This document shows, piece by piece, positions 38,548 through 46,990 of a DNA stretch of 54,708 nt. Under the pieces are notes generated by a model. The model did not search any database. It worked only from the letters and a program-made list of their open reading frames with translations, and had not been told where the DNA came from. Origin of the DNA: an uncultured bacterium (GTDB taxonomy: Bacteria; Patescibacteriota; Minisyncoccia; Phycocordibacterales; CAIZLB01); the NCBI GenBank assembly GCA_903848795.1, contig CAINHC010000016.1, positions 1-54,708 of the forward strand. The letters are read 5' to 3'. Every line of letters starts with the position of its first letter. Position 1 is the first letter of the stretch. The position numbers and the translations under genes were made by a program.

Positions 38548-38575
38548 TTGACATTACGCCACCTTCTGATATTAT
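38548..38575 (+). promoter_or_regulatory. tuf promoter
   Basis: TTGACA-N16-TATTAT with extended TG. Confidence 0.7.
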
Positions 38576-38603
38576 CCAGTATGACGCCAACTGGCGGTTT
38601 TTT

Positions 38604-38786
38604 ATCCCAACTCTTCTTTTTGATTTAAGGCAAGTATTAAAGAATCAAACATAATAAAGCTATTTACAAGAAGAAGCACTGGGGATGAAATTTAAGAAAA
38701 TTTATTAATTTTAATTTTTATTAATTAGTAAATATTGGGCTTGCGGAGATATCCGCGCCTTGTGGAGATATCCATAAATAAAGCCC
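38604..38786 (+). promoter_or_regulatory. Structured tuf leader with twin GGA-GATA-TCC hairpins
   Basis: GGGCTT/AAGCCC closes GCGGAGATATCCGC and GTGGAGATATCCAT, with a long imperfect hairpin at 38604-38686. Confidence 0.5.
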
Positions 38787-38813
38787 TGTATTTATATAAT
38801 TATCAACAAATAT

Positions 38814-40007
38814 ATGGCAGTAGAAGCTTTTGATCGTTCAAAACCTCACTTAAACGTAGGTACAATTGGTCACGTTGATCACGGAAAGACTACCTTAACA
38901 GCCGCAATCCTTAATGTTCTTCACAGAGCAGGTATGCAGGCGACAATTAAGGATGTTAGTGAAATTGATAAGGCTCCAGAAGAGAAGGCTCGTGGAATTA
39001 CAATTTCATTGTCACACAGTGAATACACAACAAATGTAAGACACTATGCTCACATTGATGCCCCAGGTCACGCCGACTACATCAAGAACATGATTACTGG
39101 TGCCGCTCAAATGGACGGTGCTATCCTAGTTGTTGCTGCAACAGACGGACCAATGCCACAAACACGTGAGCACGTTCTTCTTGCAAAGCAAGTTGGAGTT
39201 CCAAAGATAATCGTATTCATGAACAAGTGTGACATGGTAGATGACGCAGACATGCTTGATCTAGTTGAGGCAGAAATCAGAGAATTGCTAGAAAAGAATG
39301 GATTTGACGCAGATGCTCCAATTATCAGAGGTTCAGCGCTTAAGGCACTTGAAGCACCTGACAATACAGATCAATGGTCAAAGAAAGTTCTAGAACTTGC
39401 TGACGCTCTTGATACATATCTTCCACAACCTGTGAGAGAGACTGACAAGCCATTCCTTATGCCTATTGAGGACATCTTCTCAATTGAAGGAAGAGGAACA
39501 GTGGTAACAGGAAAGATTGAAAAGGGTATGATTAAGATTGGTGAAGAAGTAGAAATCGTTGGAATCAAGGATACTCAAAAGACAGTTGTTACAGGAATCG
39601 AAATGTTCAACAAGCAACTAACAGAGGGTATGGCTGGAGACAACGCTGGTATACTTCTCCGATCTGTTAAGAAAGATGATCTTACAAGAGGTCAAGTTCT
39701 TTCAAAGCCAGGAACAGTAAAGCCACACACAGATTTTGAAGCAGAAGTCTATATCCTTAAGAAGGAAGAAGGCGGTCGACACACTCCATTCTTCTCAGGT
39801 TACAAACCACAGTTCTACGTACGTACAACTGACGTTACAGGAGAGGTTACATTAAAAGAAGGTGTAGACATGGTTATGCCAGGTGACACAGTTACATTCA
39901 AAGTTAAATTGGTAGCCCCAATCGCGCTTGAAGATAATACAAGATTCGCTATTCGCGAGGGAGGTAGAACTGTTGGAGCTGGAGTTGTAACTAAAATCGT
40001 AGCCTAA
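38814..40007 (+). CDS. tuf: Elongation factor Tu
   Basis: [37 protein letters not shown]. Confidence 0.98.
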   Translation: MAVEAFDRSKPHLNVGTIGHVDHGKTTLTAAILNVLHRAGMQATIKDVSEIDKAPEEKARGITISLSHSEYTTNVRHYAHIDAPGHADYIKNMITGAAQMDGAILVVAATDGPMPQTREHVLLAKQVGVPKIIVFMNKCDMVDDADMLDLVEAEIRELLEKNGFDADAPIIRGSALKALEAPDNTDQWSKKVLELADALDTYLPQPVRETDKPFLMPIEDIFSIEGRGTVVTGKIEKGMIKIGEEVEIVGIKDTQKTVVTGIEMFNKQLTEGMAGDNAGILLRSVKKDDLTRGQVLSKPGTVKPHTDFEAEVYILKKEEGGRHTPFFSGYKPQFYVRTTDVTGEVTLKEGVDMVMPGDTVTFKVKLVAPIALEDNTRFAIREGGRTVGAGVVTKIVA

Positions 40008-40063
40008 CTTTTAGTTAACGGAAGATTGAATTTTACTCAGAAAACATTAAAAAAAACGCCATT

Positions 40064-40417
40064 ATGGCAACAAAAGAAGCACATAAAAAGAAAACTGCAA
40101 AAGAAGATAGCGTATCAAGATTACGTATTCGTGTTCGCGCATACGAGTCAAAGATCATTGATGCATCCATTAAACAAATTATGGATACAGCTCTAAGATT
40201 TGATGCTACTATCGTAGGTCCTATTCCTCTTCCAACAGAAATCAAGAAGTATACAGTAAATCGTTCATCGTTTATTTTCAAAAATTCACGTGAGCAATTT
40301 GAGATGAGAATACACAAGCGTCTGATTGATATAATCAATCCAAATGCAAAGGTAATCGAAGCTCTAACCAACTTGAGTCTGCCATCAGGAGTGAATATTG
40401 ACGTAAAAATGATGTAG
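40064..40417 (+). CDS. rpsJ: 30S ribosomal protein S10
   Basis: GPIPLPT, SREQFEMRIHKRLIDI. Confidence 0.97.
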   Translation: MATKEAHKKKTAKEDSVSRLRIRVRAYESKIIDASIKQIMDTALRFDATIVGPIPLPTEIKKYTVNRSSFIFKNSREQFEMRIHKRLIDIINPNAKVIEALTNLSLPSGVNIDVKMM

Positions 40418-40451
40418 TTAAACTTTCTTCAGTGAATTCCTAAAAACTACC

Positions 40452-41051
40452 ATGAAATTTATTCTCGGAACAAAACAGAATATGACCCAGCTTTTCGACG
40501 AAGAAGGCAGAGTTCATCCTGTGACAGTTCTTAAAACCTCTCCGATGGTTGTAACGCAAGTTAAGACCGAAGGCAAAGATGGTTACGATGCTGTTCAAGT
40601 TGGATTTGGGACAAGAAGTCCTCGTCGTATAAACAAGGCACAAAAAGGGCAAATGAAAGATCTCGGCAGTTTCCAATATCTAAGAGAAATTTCTGGTGTA
40701 AAGGACTCATCAATTGGTGAGAACATTAATCCAGAACTTACTCCTGGGGAAAAAGTGGAGGTGTCAGCTATTTCAAAATCAAAAGGATTTCAGGGTGTTG
40801 TAAAACGCCATGGATTTCACGGTGGACCACGTTCTCACGGTCAAAAGCACAGTGAGCGCGAGCCAGGTTCTATCGGCGCCGGCGGATACCAACGTGTATT
40901 TAAAGGTACACGTATGGCAGGACGTATGGGAGGGGACCGAGTAACCGTTAAGAATCTAACTGTTATTTCTTACGATAAAACAACAGGGGAATTATGCATC
41001 AGGGGTGCAATCCCAGGTCGAAGAGGCACATTAGTAGAAGTGCGCGCCTAG
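40452..41051 (+). CDS. rplC: 50S ribosomal protein L3
   Basis: SKGFQGVVKRHGF, GTRMAGRMG. Confidence 0.97.
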   Translation: MKFILGTKQNMTQLFDEEGRVHPVTVLKTSPMVVTQVKTEGKDGYDAVQVGFGTRSPRRINKAQKGQMKDLGSFQYLREISGVKDSSIGENINPELTPGEKVEVSAISKSKGFQGVVKRHGFHGGPRSHGQKHSEREPGSIGAGGYQRVFKGTRMAGRMGGDRVTVKNLTVISYDKTTGELCIRGAIPGRRGTLVEVRA

Positions 41052-41081
41052 CACAATTATCTTAAACCTTAAATTAAATTT

Positions 41082-41834
41082 ATGGCACAGACAAAATCTA
41101 AAAGAGCAGCAAGTAAAGTCGAAAAGACTCCAAAAATTGCTAAGACAAAGAAAGAAAAAGTAGAAGTTTCTCTAGAAGGAACAATATACGATGTGGGAGG
41201 TAATAGTGCAGGCACAGTAGCTCTTCCAAAAGAAATCTTCGGAATTCCTTGGAATGGTGATCTTGTTGCACAAGTTGTAAACTCGATACAGTCATCTGCA
41301 AGACAACCAGTTGCACATACAAAAGATAGATCAGAAGTTGCCGGTGGCGGTAAAAAGCCATGGAAGCAAAAGGGAACAGGACGTGCTCGTCACGGTTCAT
41401 CTCGTTCTCCTATCTGGGTAGGTGGAGGTGTTGCTCACGGTCCTCGTAACGAGAAAGATTACGACAGAAAGGTAAACAAGAAAATGAAAGCTAAGGCACT
41501 ATTTACGATTCTTTCCGCAAAGTGGAGAGATGGTGAAATCCTCTTCGTAAAAAATCTTGAACTAGTTGAACCTAAGACAAAGCTAGCAATAGCTATGATC
41601 GATAGACTCTCAAAAGTTACAGGCTTTGATAAGTTAGCAACAAAGCATAAGAATGCTGCTCTTATCACAGTTCCTGCACTTGAAGAGAATGTAAAGAGAG
41701 GTTTCTCTAACCTAAAGAGTATGGAGGTAACAGAACTTCGAAATATTAATCCAATTGCGCTTCTTCAATATAAGTACTTGGTCATTGCTTCACCTGAAGA
41801 TGCGTTTGTTACTCTTACTTCAAAAATAAAGTAA
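41082..41834 (+). CDS. rplD: 50S ribosomal protein L4
   Basis: KKPWKQKGTGRARHGS, Lys-rich N-terminal extension. Confidence 0.97.
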   Translation: MAQTKSKRAASKVEKTPKIAKTKKEKVEVSLEGTIYDVGGNSAGTVALPKEIFGIPWNGDLVAQVVNSIQSSARQPVAHTKDRSEVAGGGKKPWKQKGTGRARHGSSRSPIWVGGGVAHGPRNEKDYDRKVNKKMKAKALFTILSAKWRDGEILFVKNLELVEPKTKLAIAMIDRLSKVTGFDKLATKHKNAALITVPALEENVKRGFSNLKSMEVTELRNINPIALLQYKYLVIASPEDAFVTLTSKIK

Positions 41835-41853
41835 CCAACATAATATCAAATAT

Positions 41854-42150
41854 ATGACAAAGATATCAATACAGAAGCATCAATTGGAAGTTATTAAGAG
41901 CCCTCGTATTACTGAGAAGGCAACTGTAAAGGCGGGTGAAAACCAATACGTCTTTGAAGTTACTGACAGGTCTACTAAGGCATCTATCGCAAAAGCTATC
42001 GAAGCACTTTATAAGGTAAAACCTGTTAAAGTTAATATAGTGAATATTCCTGCAAAAACAGTGTTTGTTCGTGGAAAGGTCGGCAAGAAAAGCGCCATTA
42101 AGAAAGCCTATGTTTTCTTAAAGAAAGGCGACAAGATCGACTTAGCATAA
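41854..42150 (+). CDS. rplW: 50S ribosomal protein L23
   Basis: PRITEKA, KKAYVFLKKG. Confidence 0.96.
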   Translation: MTKISIQKHQLEVIKSPRITEKATVKAGENQYVFEVTDRSTKASIAKAIEALYKVKPVKVNIVNIPAKTVFVRGKVGKKSAIKKAYVFLKKGDKIDLA

Positions 42151-42180
42151 TCAGCGTGATACGCAAAGTAAAATAAATAT

Positions 42181-43023
42181 ATGAAAAGATTTAAACCAAC
42201 AAGCCCCTCACGCCGAAACATGGCTATAGTCAACTATGCACAGATTCTTACTACTGACGAGCCATATAAGCCCCTTACAAACGGGTTTAAGCGTGGATCG
42301 GGACGTAATAACACTGGACGTATTACAACTAGACACAAGGGAGGAGGTCACAAGAGACTTTATCGTCAAATTGACTTCAAGTATGACAAAAGAGATATTC
42401 CTGCAAAGATAGACACAATTGAATACGATCCAAACCGTACTTCATTTATTTCTCTCGTAACTTATGCCGATGGAGAAAAGCGTTATGTTATTCTTCCAAA
42501 GACACTCAAAGTTGGAGATAAATTTATTGTAGGCGAGAAGGTTGAGGTAAAGCCAGGTAACAGACTTCCATTAAAGAACATTCCTGTTGGAACATTCATT
42601 TACAACATCGAATTGAAATTTGAAGGAGGATCTAAGCTTGTTCGTTCAGCTGGATCTTTTGCTGAAGTGATTGCTCATGACGGGGGCTATGCTCTTGTTA
42701 AGATGCCATCAACTGAAGTTAGAAAGGTTATAGAAACAGCATGGGCATCAATCGGAGAAGTATCAAATGATGAGAATCGTTTGCAGAATATTGGAAAGGC
42801 TGGAGCAAGCAGACACCGTGGTATCAGACCAACTGTCCGTGGTACTGCTATGAACCCAGTTGATCACCCACACGGAGGAGGAGAAGGTAGACAAGGAAGA
42901 GGACGCAGACGCGCAATTTCTATCTACGGAAAGCCAACCGGAAAGGGACAAAAATCAAGACGCGCAAAGAAGTATTCAAACAAACATATTGTTTCAAGAA
43001 GAAAGGTTGGAAAGAGAAGATAA
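42181..43023 (+). CDS. rplB: 50S ribosomal protein L2
   Basis: IEYDPNRT, VRGTAMNPVDHPHGGGEG. Confidence 0.98.
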   Translation: MKRFKPTSPSRRNMAIVNYAQILTTDEPYKPLTNGFKRGSGRNNTGRITTRHKGGGHKRLYRQIDFKYDKRDIPAKIDTIEYDPNRTSFISLVTYADGEKRYVILPKTLKVGDKFIVGEKVEVKPGNRLPLKNIPVGTFIYNIELKFEGGSKLVRSAGSFAEVIAHDGGYALVKMPSTEVRKVIETAWASIGEVSNDENRLQNIGKAGASRHRGIRPTVRGTAMNPVDHPHGGGEGRQGRGRRRAISIYGKPTGKGQKSRRAKKYSNKHIVSRRKVGKRR

Positions 43024-43080
43024 TCTTTTATCCACCCGACTCTCAAAACAAGAACTTGTGGCTTTGGAGCTGGTCTTATA

Positions 43081-43112
43081 CACAAAACCCCGCAGAAGTG
43101 CGGGGTTTTGTG
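43081..43112 (+). terminator. Terminator after rplB
   Basis: CACAAAACCCCGCA-GAAG-TGCGGGGTTTTGTG. Confidence 0.85.
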
Positions 43113-43141
43113 TTGGATATCTTTTGGTGTATAATTTAAAC

Positions 43142-43900
43142 ATGAGTTTTAGATACAATCCAATACAAAGATGGGCAAAGACGATATATAGAAAGTTTAA
43201 CCCAATACCTGGTTCTCCTTGGACCAAAGGTCATGTTGATGACATTTGCGCGATTAATTTGGTTCCACCAGAGACATTAAAAACTTTTTTTACAAATTGT
43301 ATTGAAAGACTTCAAGCCATTAAAGGAAAAGAGATTGGAGACTATCTTGAGTTTGGTGTCTTCAATGGTTCATCCTTAGGAAGCGCTTATCTAACTGCAA
43401 AAAAGATGGATCTTAAATCTATGAAGTTTTTTGGGTTTGATTCATTTGAAGGTCTACCTACAGGAACAAACGAGGAGCATGATATTCTGCAAAAAGGATT
43501 TTACTGTTGTCCATTTAATAAAACAAAGGAGTGTCTGGAAAGAAGGGGTGTTGATTCAGAAGATGTTACTTGGATTAAAGGTGTATACAATGAGACGCTA
43601 AATGATGAAACATTTAAGAATATTGGTTATCCAAAAATCGGAATCGTATTTATTGATTGCGACACATACAGTTCATCCAAAAATGTTCTTGATTTTCTTG
43701 CCCCGTTAATAGTGGAGCCCGCAATTATTTGTCTTGATGATTGGAAGCTTTATGATATGGATATAAAAGGAACTGGTGAATATAAATCTTTCAATGAATT
43801 TTTAGAAAGAAATAGACATATTAAAGCTAAGGAAATCAAATCGTACAATAGAAAATCAAAAACTTTTATTTTGATGCCAAAAGTTACTTCAAGGGATTAG
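43142..43900 (+). CDS. TylF/MycF/NovP-like O-methyltransferase
   Basis: DYLEFGVFNGSS, GFDSFEGLP, WIKGVYNETL, FIDCDTYSS, DDW. ATG at 43142 lies 6 nt after TATAAT. Confidence 0.8.
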   Translation: MSFRYNPIQRWAKTIYRKFNPIPGSPWTKGHVDDICAINLVPPETLKTFFTNCIERLQAIKGKEIGDYLEFGVFNGSSLGSAYLTAKKMDLKSMKFFGFDSFEGLPTGTNEEHDILQKGFYCCPFNKTKECLERRGVDSEDVTWIKGVYNETLNDETFKNIGYPKIGIVFIDCDTYSSSKNVLDFLAPLIVEPAIICLDDWKLYDMDIKGTGEYKSFNEFLERNRHIKAKEIKSYNRKSKTFILMPKVTSRD

Positions 43901-43919
43901 TGTTTTTAAATAGAACGGG

Positions 43920-44669
43920 TCATTCTTGTTGCGCCGACTGCCAAATTATCTCAAACTGTTCTTCTTGTAATTGTATTATTCCAGGATTTTCTATGACGAT
44001 TGTTAAAATAGGTGAGACCATTTGCGTAATGATAACTTTGTTTTTTAATATAACTAGGTTACTAATTAGATCTACATCTTTTGGTAAATATCTAATATCC
44101 CAATTAATTCTCTTTCCGTATTCTTTATATTTCTCGGCTTCAGGTGTTCTTTGAAGTAAGGTCCTTAGAGACAAATGTAGGTGACTTCTTTTCTCCACCC
44201 AGTCTTCGAAGAAATCTTTATCTATTTTCATGAACTTTTCAATATCAGAAATAATTAGGTATTTATCGCCATATCTCAGCTCTTTCAATATATCCGTGTA
44301 GACCTTTTTGAAGCCGGAGATCCCCTCGTAATATTTAATAAAATTGAGACCGGTGTGTATTTGGTATTTGCTAGATAGCTCGGGGATAATTTTTGATAGG
44401 TTATCTTTTTTAAGCTCGTAAGTCTTCATTAGATTCTCTGGGTTGGATGCAACAAATAGCTTTTTGAGACCATTAATTTCAATACTGATTAGCCCCTTAA
44501 TTTTAAGTGCTTCTATTACGGAGTAGGCGGTAGTTCTGATGACCCCCGCTCCTTTGGCAATATTGATGGCTGTTGCAGGCCCGAGGCTTAGGTTTGCCAG
44601 ATAAATTTTGGCTTCGTTTTCCGTTAGGCCAATGTCTTTGATTATTTCTATGGTTCTATTAGTTAGCAT
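43920..44669 (-). CDS. TrmB-family transcriptional regulator
   Basis: DIGLTENEAKIYLANL...AGVIRTTAYSVIEALKIKGLI. Start at ATG 44669 chosen by alignment to paralogs, GTG 44741 is an alternative. Confidence 0.85.
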   Translation of the reverse strand: MLTNRTIEIIKDIGLTENEAKIYLANLSLGPATAINIAKGAGVIRTTAYSVIEALKIKGLISIEINGLKKLFVASNPENLMKTYELKKDNLSKIIPELSSKYQIHTGLNFIKYYEGISGFKKVYTDILKELRYGDKYLIISDIEKFMKIDKDFFEDWVEKRSHLHLSLRTLLQRTPEAEKYKEYGKRINWDIRYLPKDVDLISNLVILKNKVIITQMVSPILTIVIENPGIIQLQEEQFEIIWQSAQQE

Positions 44670-44768
44670 GTTTGTTGAATGTTTATATTGTTTTGTATAA
44701 AAGTGTCGATTACTTCGTCGTCTAAATATACCATATACCACTTATATAATATAGCACTTCTAGATACG

Positions 44769-44785
44769 TGTCGACAAAACAGACA
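44769..44785. promoter_or_regulatory. Candidate TrmB-like operator TGTC-N9-GACA
   Basis: TGTCGACAAAACAGACA, with one-mismatch copies at 44705-44719 and 44800-44814. Confidence 0.5.
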
Positions 44786-44838
44786 TAAACTATCTTTAGT
44801 TCTATAATTACGACACATTAATAATAAAAAGCAAACAT

Positions 44839-45996
44839 ATGAAAAGTAATTATAAAAAAATAGTATTTATGTCAGTTGTATTCATAGCCTCAATATCGGC
44901 TGTAATATTGGGTGCTTCTGGTCAGTTTGATAGTAAAGATGTAACTATTACCGCAATGTTCCCCATGACGGGCGGATTATCATCTTATGGTGATTCAGCA
45001 TCTAAGGCTTCAATCCTAGCTGTGGAAGAAATTAATGCAAACGGTGGAATTAATGGCAAGAAATTGAAGCTAAATCTCCAAGATCATAAATGTGACGCAA
45101 AGGAGGCTGTTGCAATATATAAGCAGTTTAAGTCTACTACTGATGTGTTCACATCTGCTGCTTGTAGTGGTACGGCGCTTGCCATAGCCCCAATGCTTGA
45201 AAATGATGGGTCTGTTCTGTTAGGTTCAACACTTTCTACACCTAAGATAAGCGGTGTGTCTAAAAACCTCTTTAGAAATTGGTCATCAGACGCAAAGGAG
45301 GCAGAACTGTTTGCGGGCCTACTAAGGGGAGTTAATTATAAGAAGATCGGAATAATTTATGAAGAAACTGATTATGCTAAGGGATTAAAGGAATCTTTGG
45401 AAAAGGACGTCCTAGTTGACTCGACAACATCATCTTCTGACTCAAAACAGGTCTATTCTGAGGGGTTTGTCAGTGGATCGACTGATGTTAGAAGCCAATT
45501 GCTTAAACTCCAGTCCGAGGGGGTAGATGTCCTGTTTATTAGCCCTCAAACTGTTACTTCCGCAGAGATTATTGCCAAGCAGATGACTGAATTTGGCTTT
45601 AAACCAAAGACAATATTAGTCAACGACAATGTTAGTAAAGCAGATAGCCTACTTTCAAAATACTCAACCTTATTTCAAGGCGCTTACGGGGCAGATTATA
45701 GAATAGAAAATAGTAAGGCTATTGAAGATTTTAAGTCTAAATATAAGGCTAGATTTGGCGAAGATTGCAAGCAGGTCAATATCTGTATCGCGGAGTACGA
45801 TAATATTAAAATAATGGCCAAGGCTTTGTCTGCGACAGCTGGCTCAAACTATGATAAAGCCGAAATTCGGGCCTATATTAAAGGAATAAATTACGAAGGA
45901 GTGTCTGGAAAAATAAGTTTTGACAATAATAACGATAGGTCCAACGCTGAATACTCGCTACTTAAGGTGAATAATGGAAAAGCAACTATGATTTAG
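44839..45996 (+). CDS. LivJ/LivK-like substrate-binding protein with N-terminal membrane anchor
   Basis: FPMTGGLSSYG, LAVEEINANGGING, DHKC...SAACSG, DVRSQLLKL, EYDNI. Confidence 0.9.
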   Translation: MKSNYKKIVFMSVVFIASISAVILGASGQFDSKDVTITAMFPMTGGLSSYGDSASKASILAVEEINANGGINGKKLKLNLQDHKCDAKEAVAIYKQFKSTTDVFTSAACSGTALAIAPMLENDGSVLLGSTLSTPKISGVSKNLFRNWSSDAKEAELFAGLLRGVNYKKIGIIYEETDYAKGLKESLEKDVLVDSTTSSSDSKQVYSEGFVSGSTDVRSQLLKLQSEGVDVLFISPQTVTSAEIIAKQMTEFGFKPKTILVNDNVSKADSLLSKYSTLFQGAYGADYRIENSKAIEDFKSKYKARFGEDCKQVNICIAEYDNIKIMAKALSATAGSNYDKAEIRAYIKGINYEGVSGKISFDNNNDRSNAEYSLLKVNNGKATMI

Positions 45997-46127
45997 GTTG
46001 TATTTTGGCTAATCAGCATTGATTATTAGTTACCGGTGTGTTATGGTGCATGGTAGAGTCGCGGTTGACTCCAATGTCTAGATTCAGAACAAGTCAGAAA
46101 TCAAATTCAACCAAAATAGTACCATAT

Positions 46128-46379
46128 ATGCCAAGAAAACCAGCAGGAATAACCCCTTGGACGGGGTCAACGATCGGGGAGATTGATAAAACAGTAAGAG
46201 CACCCAACCGAAGACGTGTGGTGGCAAGACCCTGCCCTAATACTGTTCCTGAAGAAATCCAAGTTATCGTTCGCAATGCTCGTTTTGAGTTATTGAAATC
46301 GAAGTGGGGCGGTTCAACCCAAAGACCACCTTTGGGTGCACCCAAAAATCACCAAAGAGGAAAGACGGCGAAGGCCTGA
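46128..46379 (+). CDS. Small basic hypothetical protein
   Basis: 83-aa ORF from ATG 46128 followed by a terminator. No recognised motif. Confidence 0.4.
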   Translation: MPRKPAGITPWTGSTIGEIDKTVRAPNRRRVVARPCPNTVPEEIQVIVRNARFELLKSKWGGSTQRPPLGAPKNHQRGKTAKA

Positions 46380-46399
46380 ACCTCCAAACATCAACCCAT

Positions 46400-46439
46400 C
46401 CCCGGCGGCCATCTTTTTGGTCCGCTGGGGTTTGTTTTT
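46400..46439 (+). terminator. Terminator
   Basis: CCCCGGCGGCC...GGTCCGCTGGGG followed by TTTGTTTTT. Confidence 0.7.
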
Positions 46440-46543
46440 ACCTAATTTTGCTCAATTTTATTCAAAAACACTTCAGTCCTCGAAAGTGACCATTAGACAT
46501 TTGTAAAATAGATGTCGATATTACCAAATGAGCCTTTTGGTGG

Positions 46544-46571
46544 TTGACACTTTCATAATTTTTGTTAGTAT
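46544..46571 (+). promoter_or_regulatory. rpsS restart promoter
   Basis: TTGACA-N16-TAGTAT with extended TG. Confidence 0.65.
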
Positions 46572-46614
46572 ACGGTAACTGGCTCTCAAGGGCTATTATT
46601 TTTCACACAAATCA

Positions 46615-46968
46615 ATGACAAGATCACTAAAAAAAGGACCATATATAGCCCCAAAACTTCTAGAGAAGATTGCAGGCAAAAACCCACAATCAACTGGGGT
46701 AATTAAGACTTGGTACAGAGGAAGTCAAATCTCACCAGAAATGGTTGGTTTTATCTTTGGTGTACACAATGGAAAGACACACATTGAAGTTCTTGTCACA
46801 GAAGAAATGGTCGGACACAGACTAGGTGAATTTTCACCAACAAGAAAATTCGTTAGACACGGAGGAAAGATGCAAAAGGAACTTGATGCTGCTAAGAAGC
46901 AGTCAGAAATAACAGCAGCTAAGTCCGCTAAAGCAACAACAACAGCAGCGCCTGCTAAAAAGAAATAA
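46615..46968 (+). CDS. rpsS: 30S ribosomal protein S19
   Basis: [26 protein letters not shown]. Confidence 0.97.
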   Translation: MTRSLKKGPYIAPKLLEKIAGKNPQSTGVIKTWYRGSQISPEMVGFIFGVHNGKTHIEVLVTEEMVGHRLGEFSPTRKFVRHGGKMQKELDAAKKQSEITAAKSAKATTTAAPAKKK

Positions 46969-46990
46969 TTTTAATAAATAAGTCAAAGCC

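Noticed and set aside
38585-38603. Terminator CGCC-AACT-GGCG plus T6 at the start of the tuf leader
   Set aside because: The stem is only 4 bp, too weak to call, though it could be a pause site.
42860-43141. N-terminal extension of the methyltransferase overlapping rplB
   Set aside because: It spans the rplB 3' end and its terminator. ATG 43142 with an adjacent -10 is the better start, and the same logic applies to the 14292, 25410 and 26945 extensions.
44663-44734. 23-aa uORF (MVYLDDEVIDTF...) overlapping the trmB start on the minus strand
   Set aside because: There is no equivalent in the other modules and no evidence of translation.
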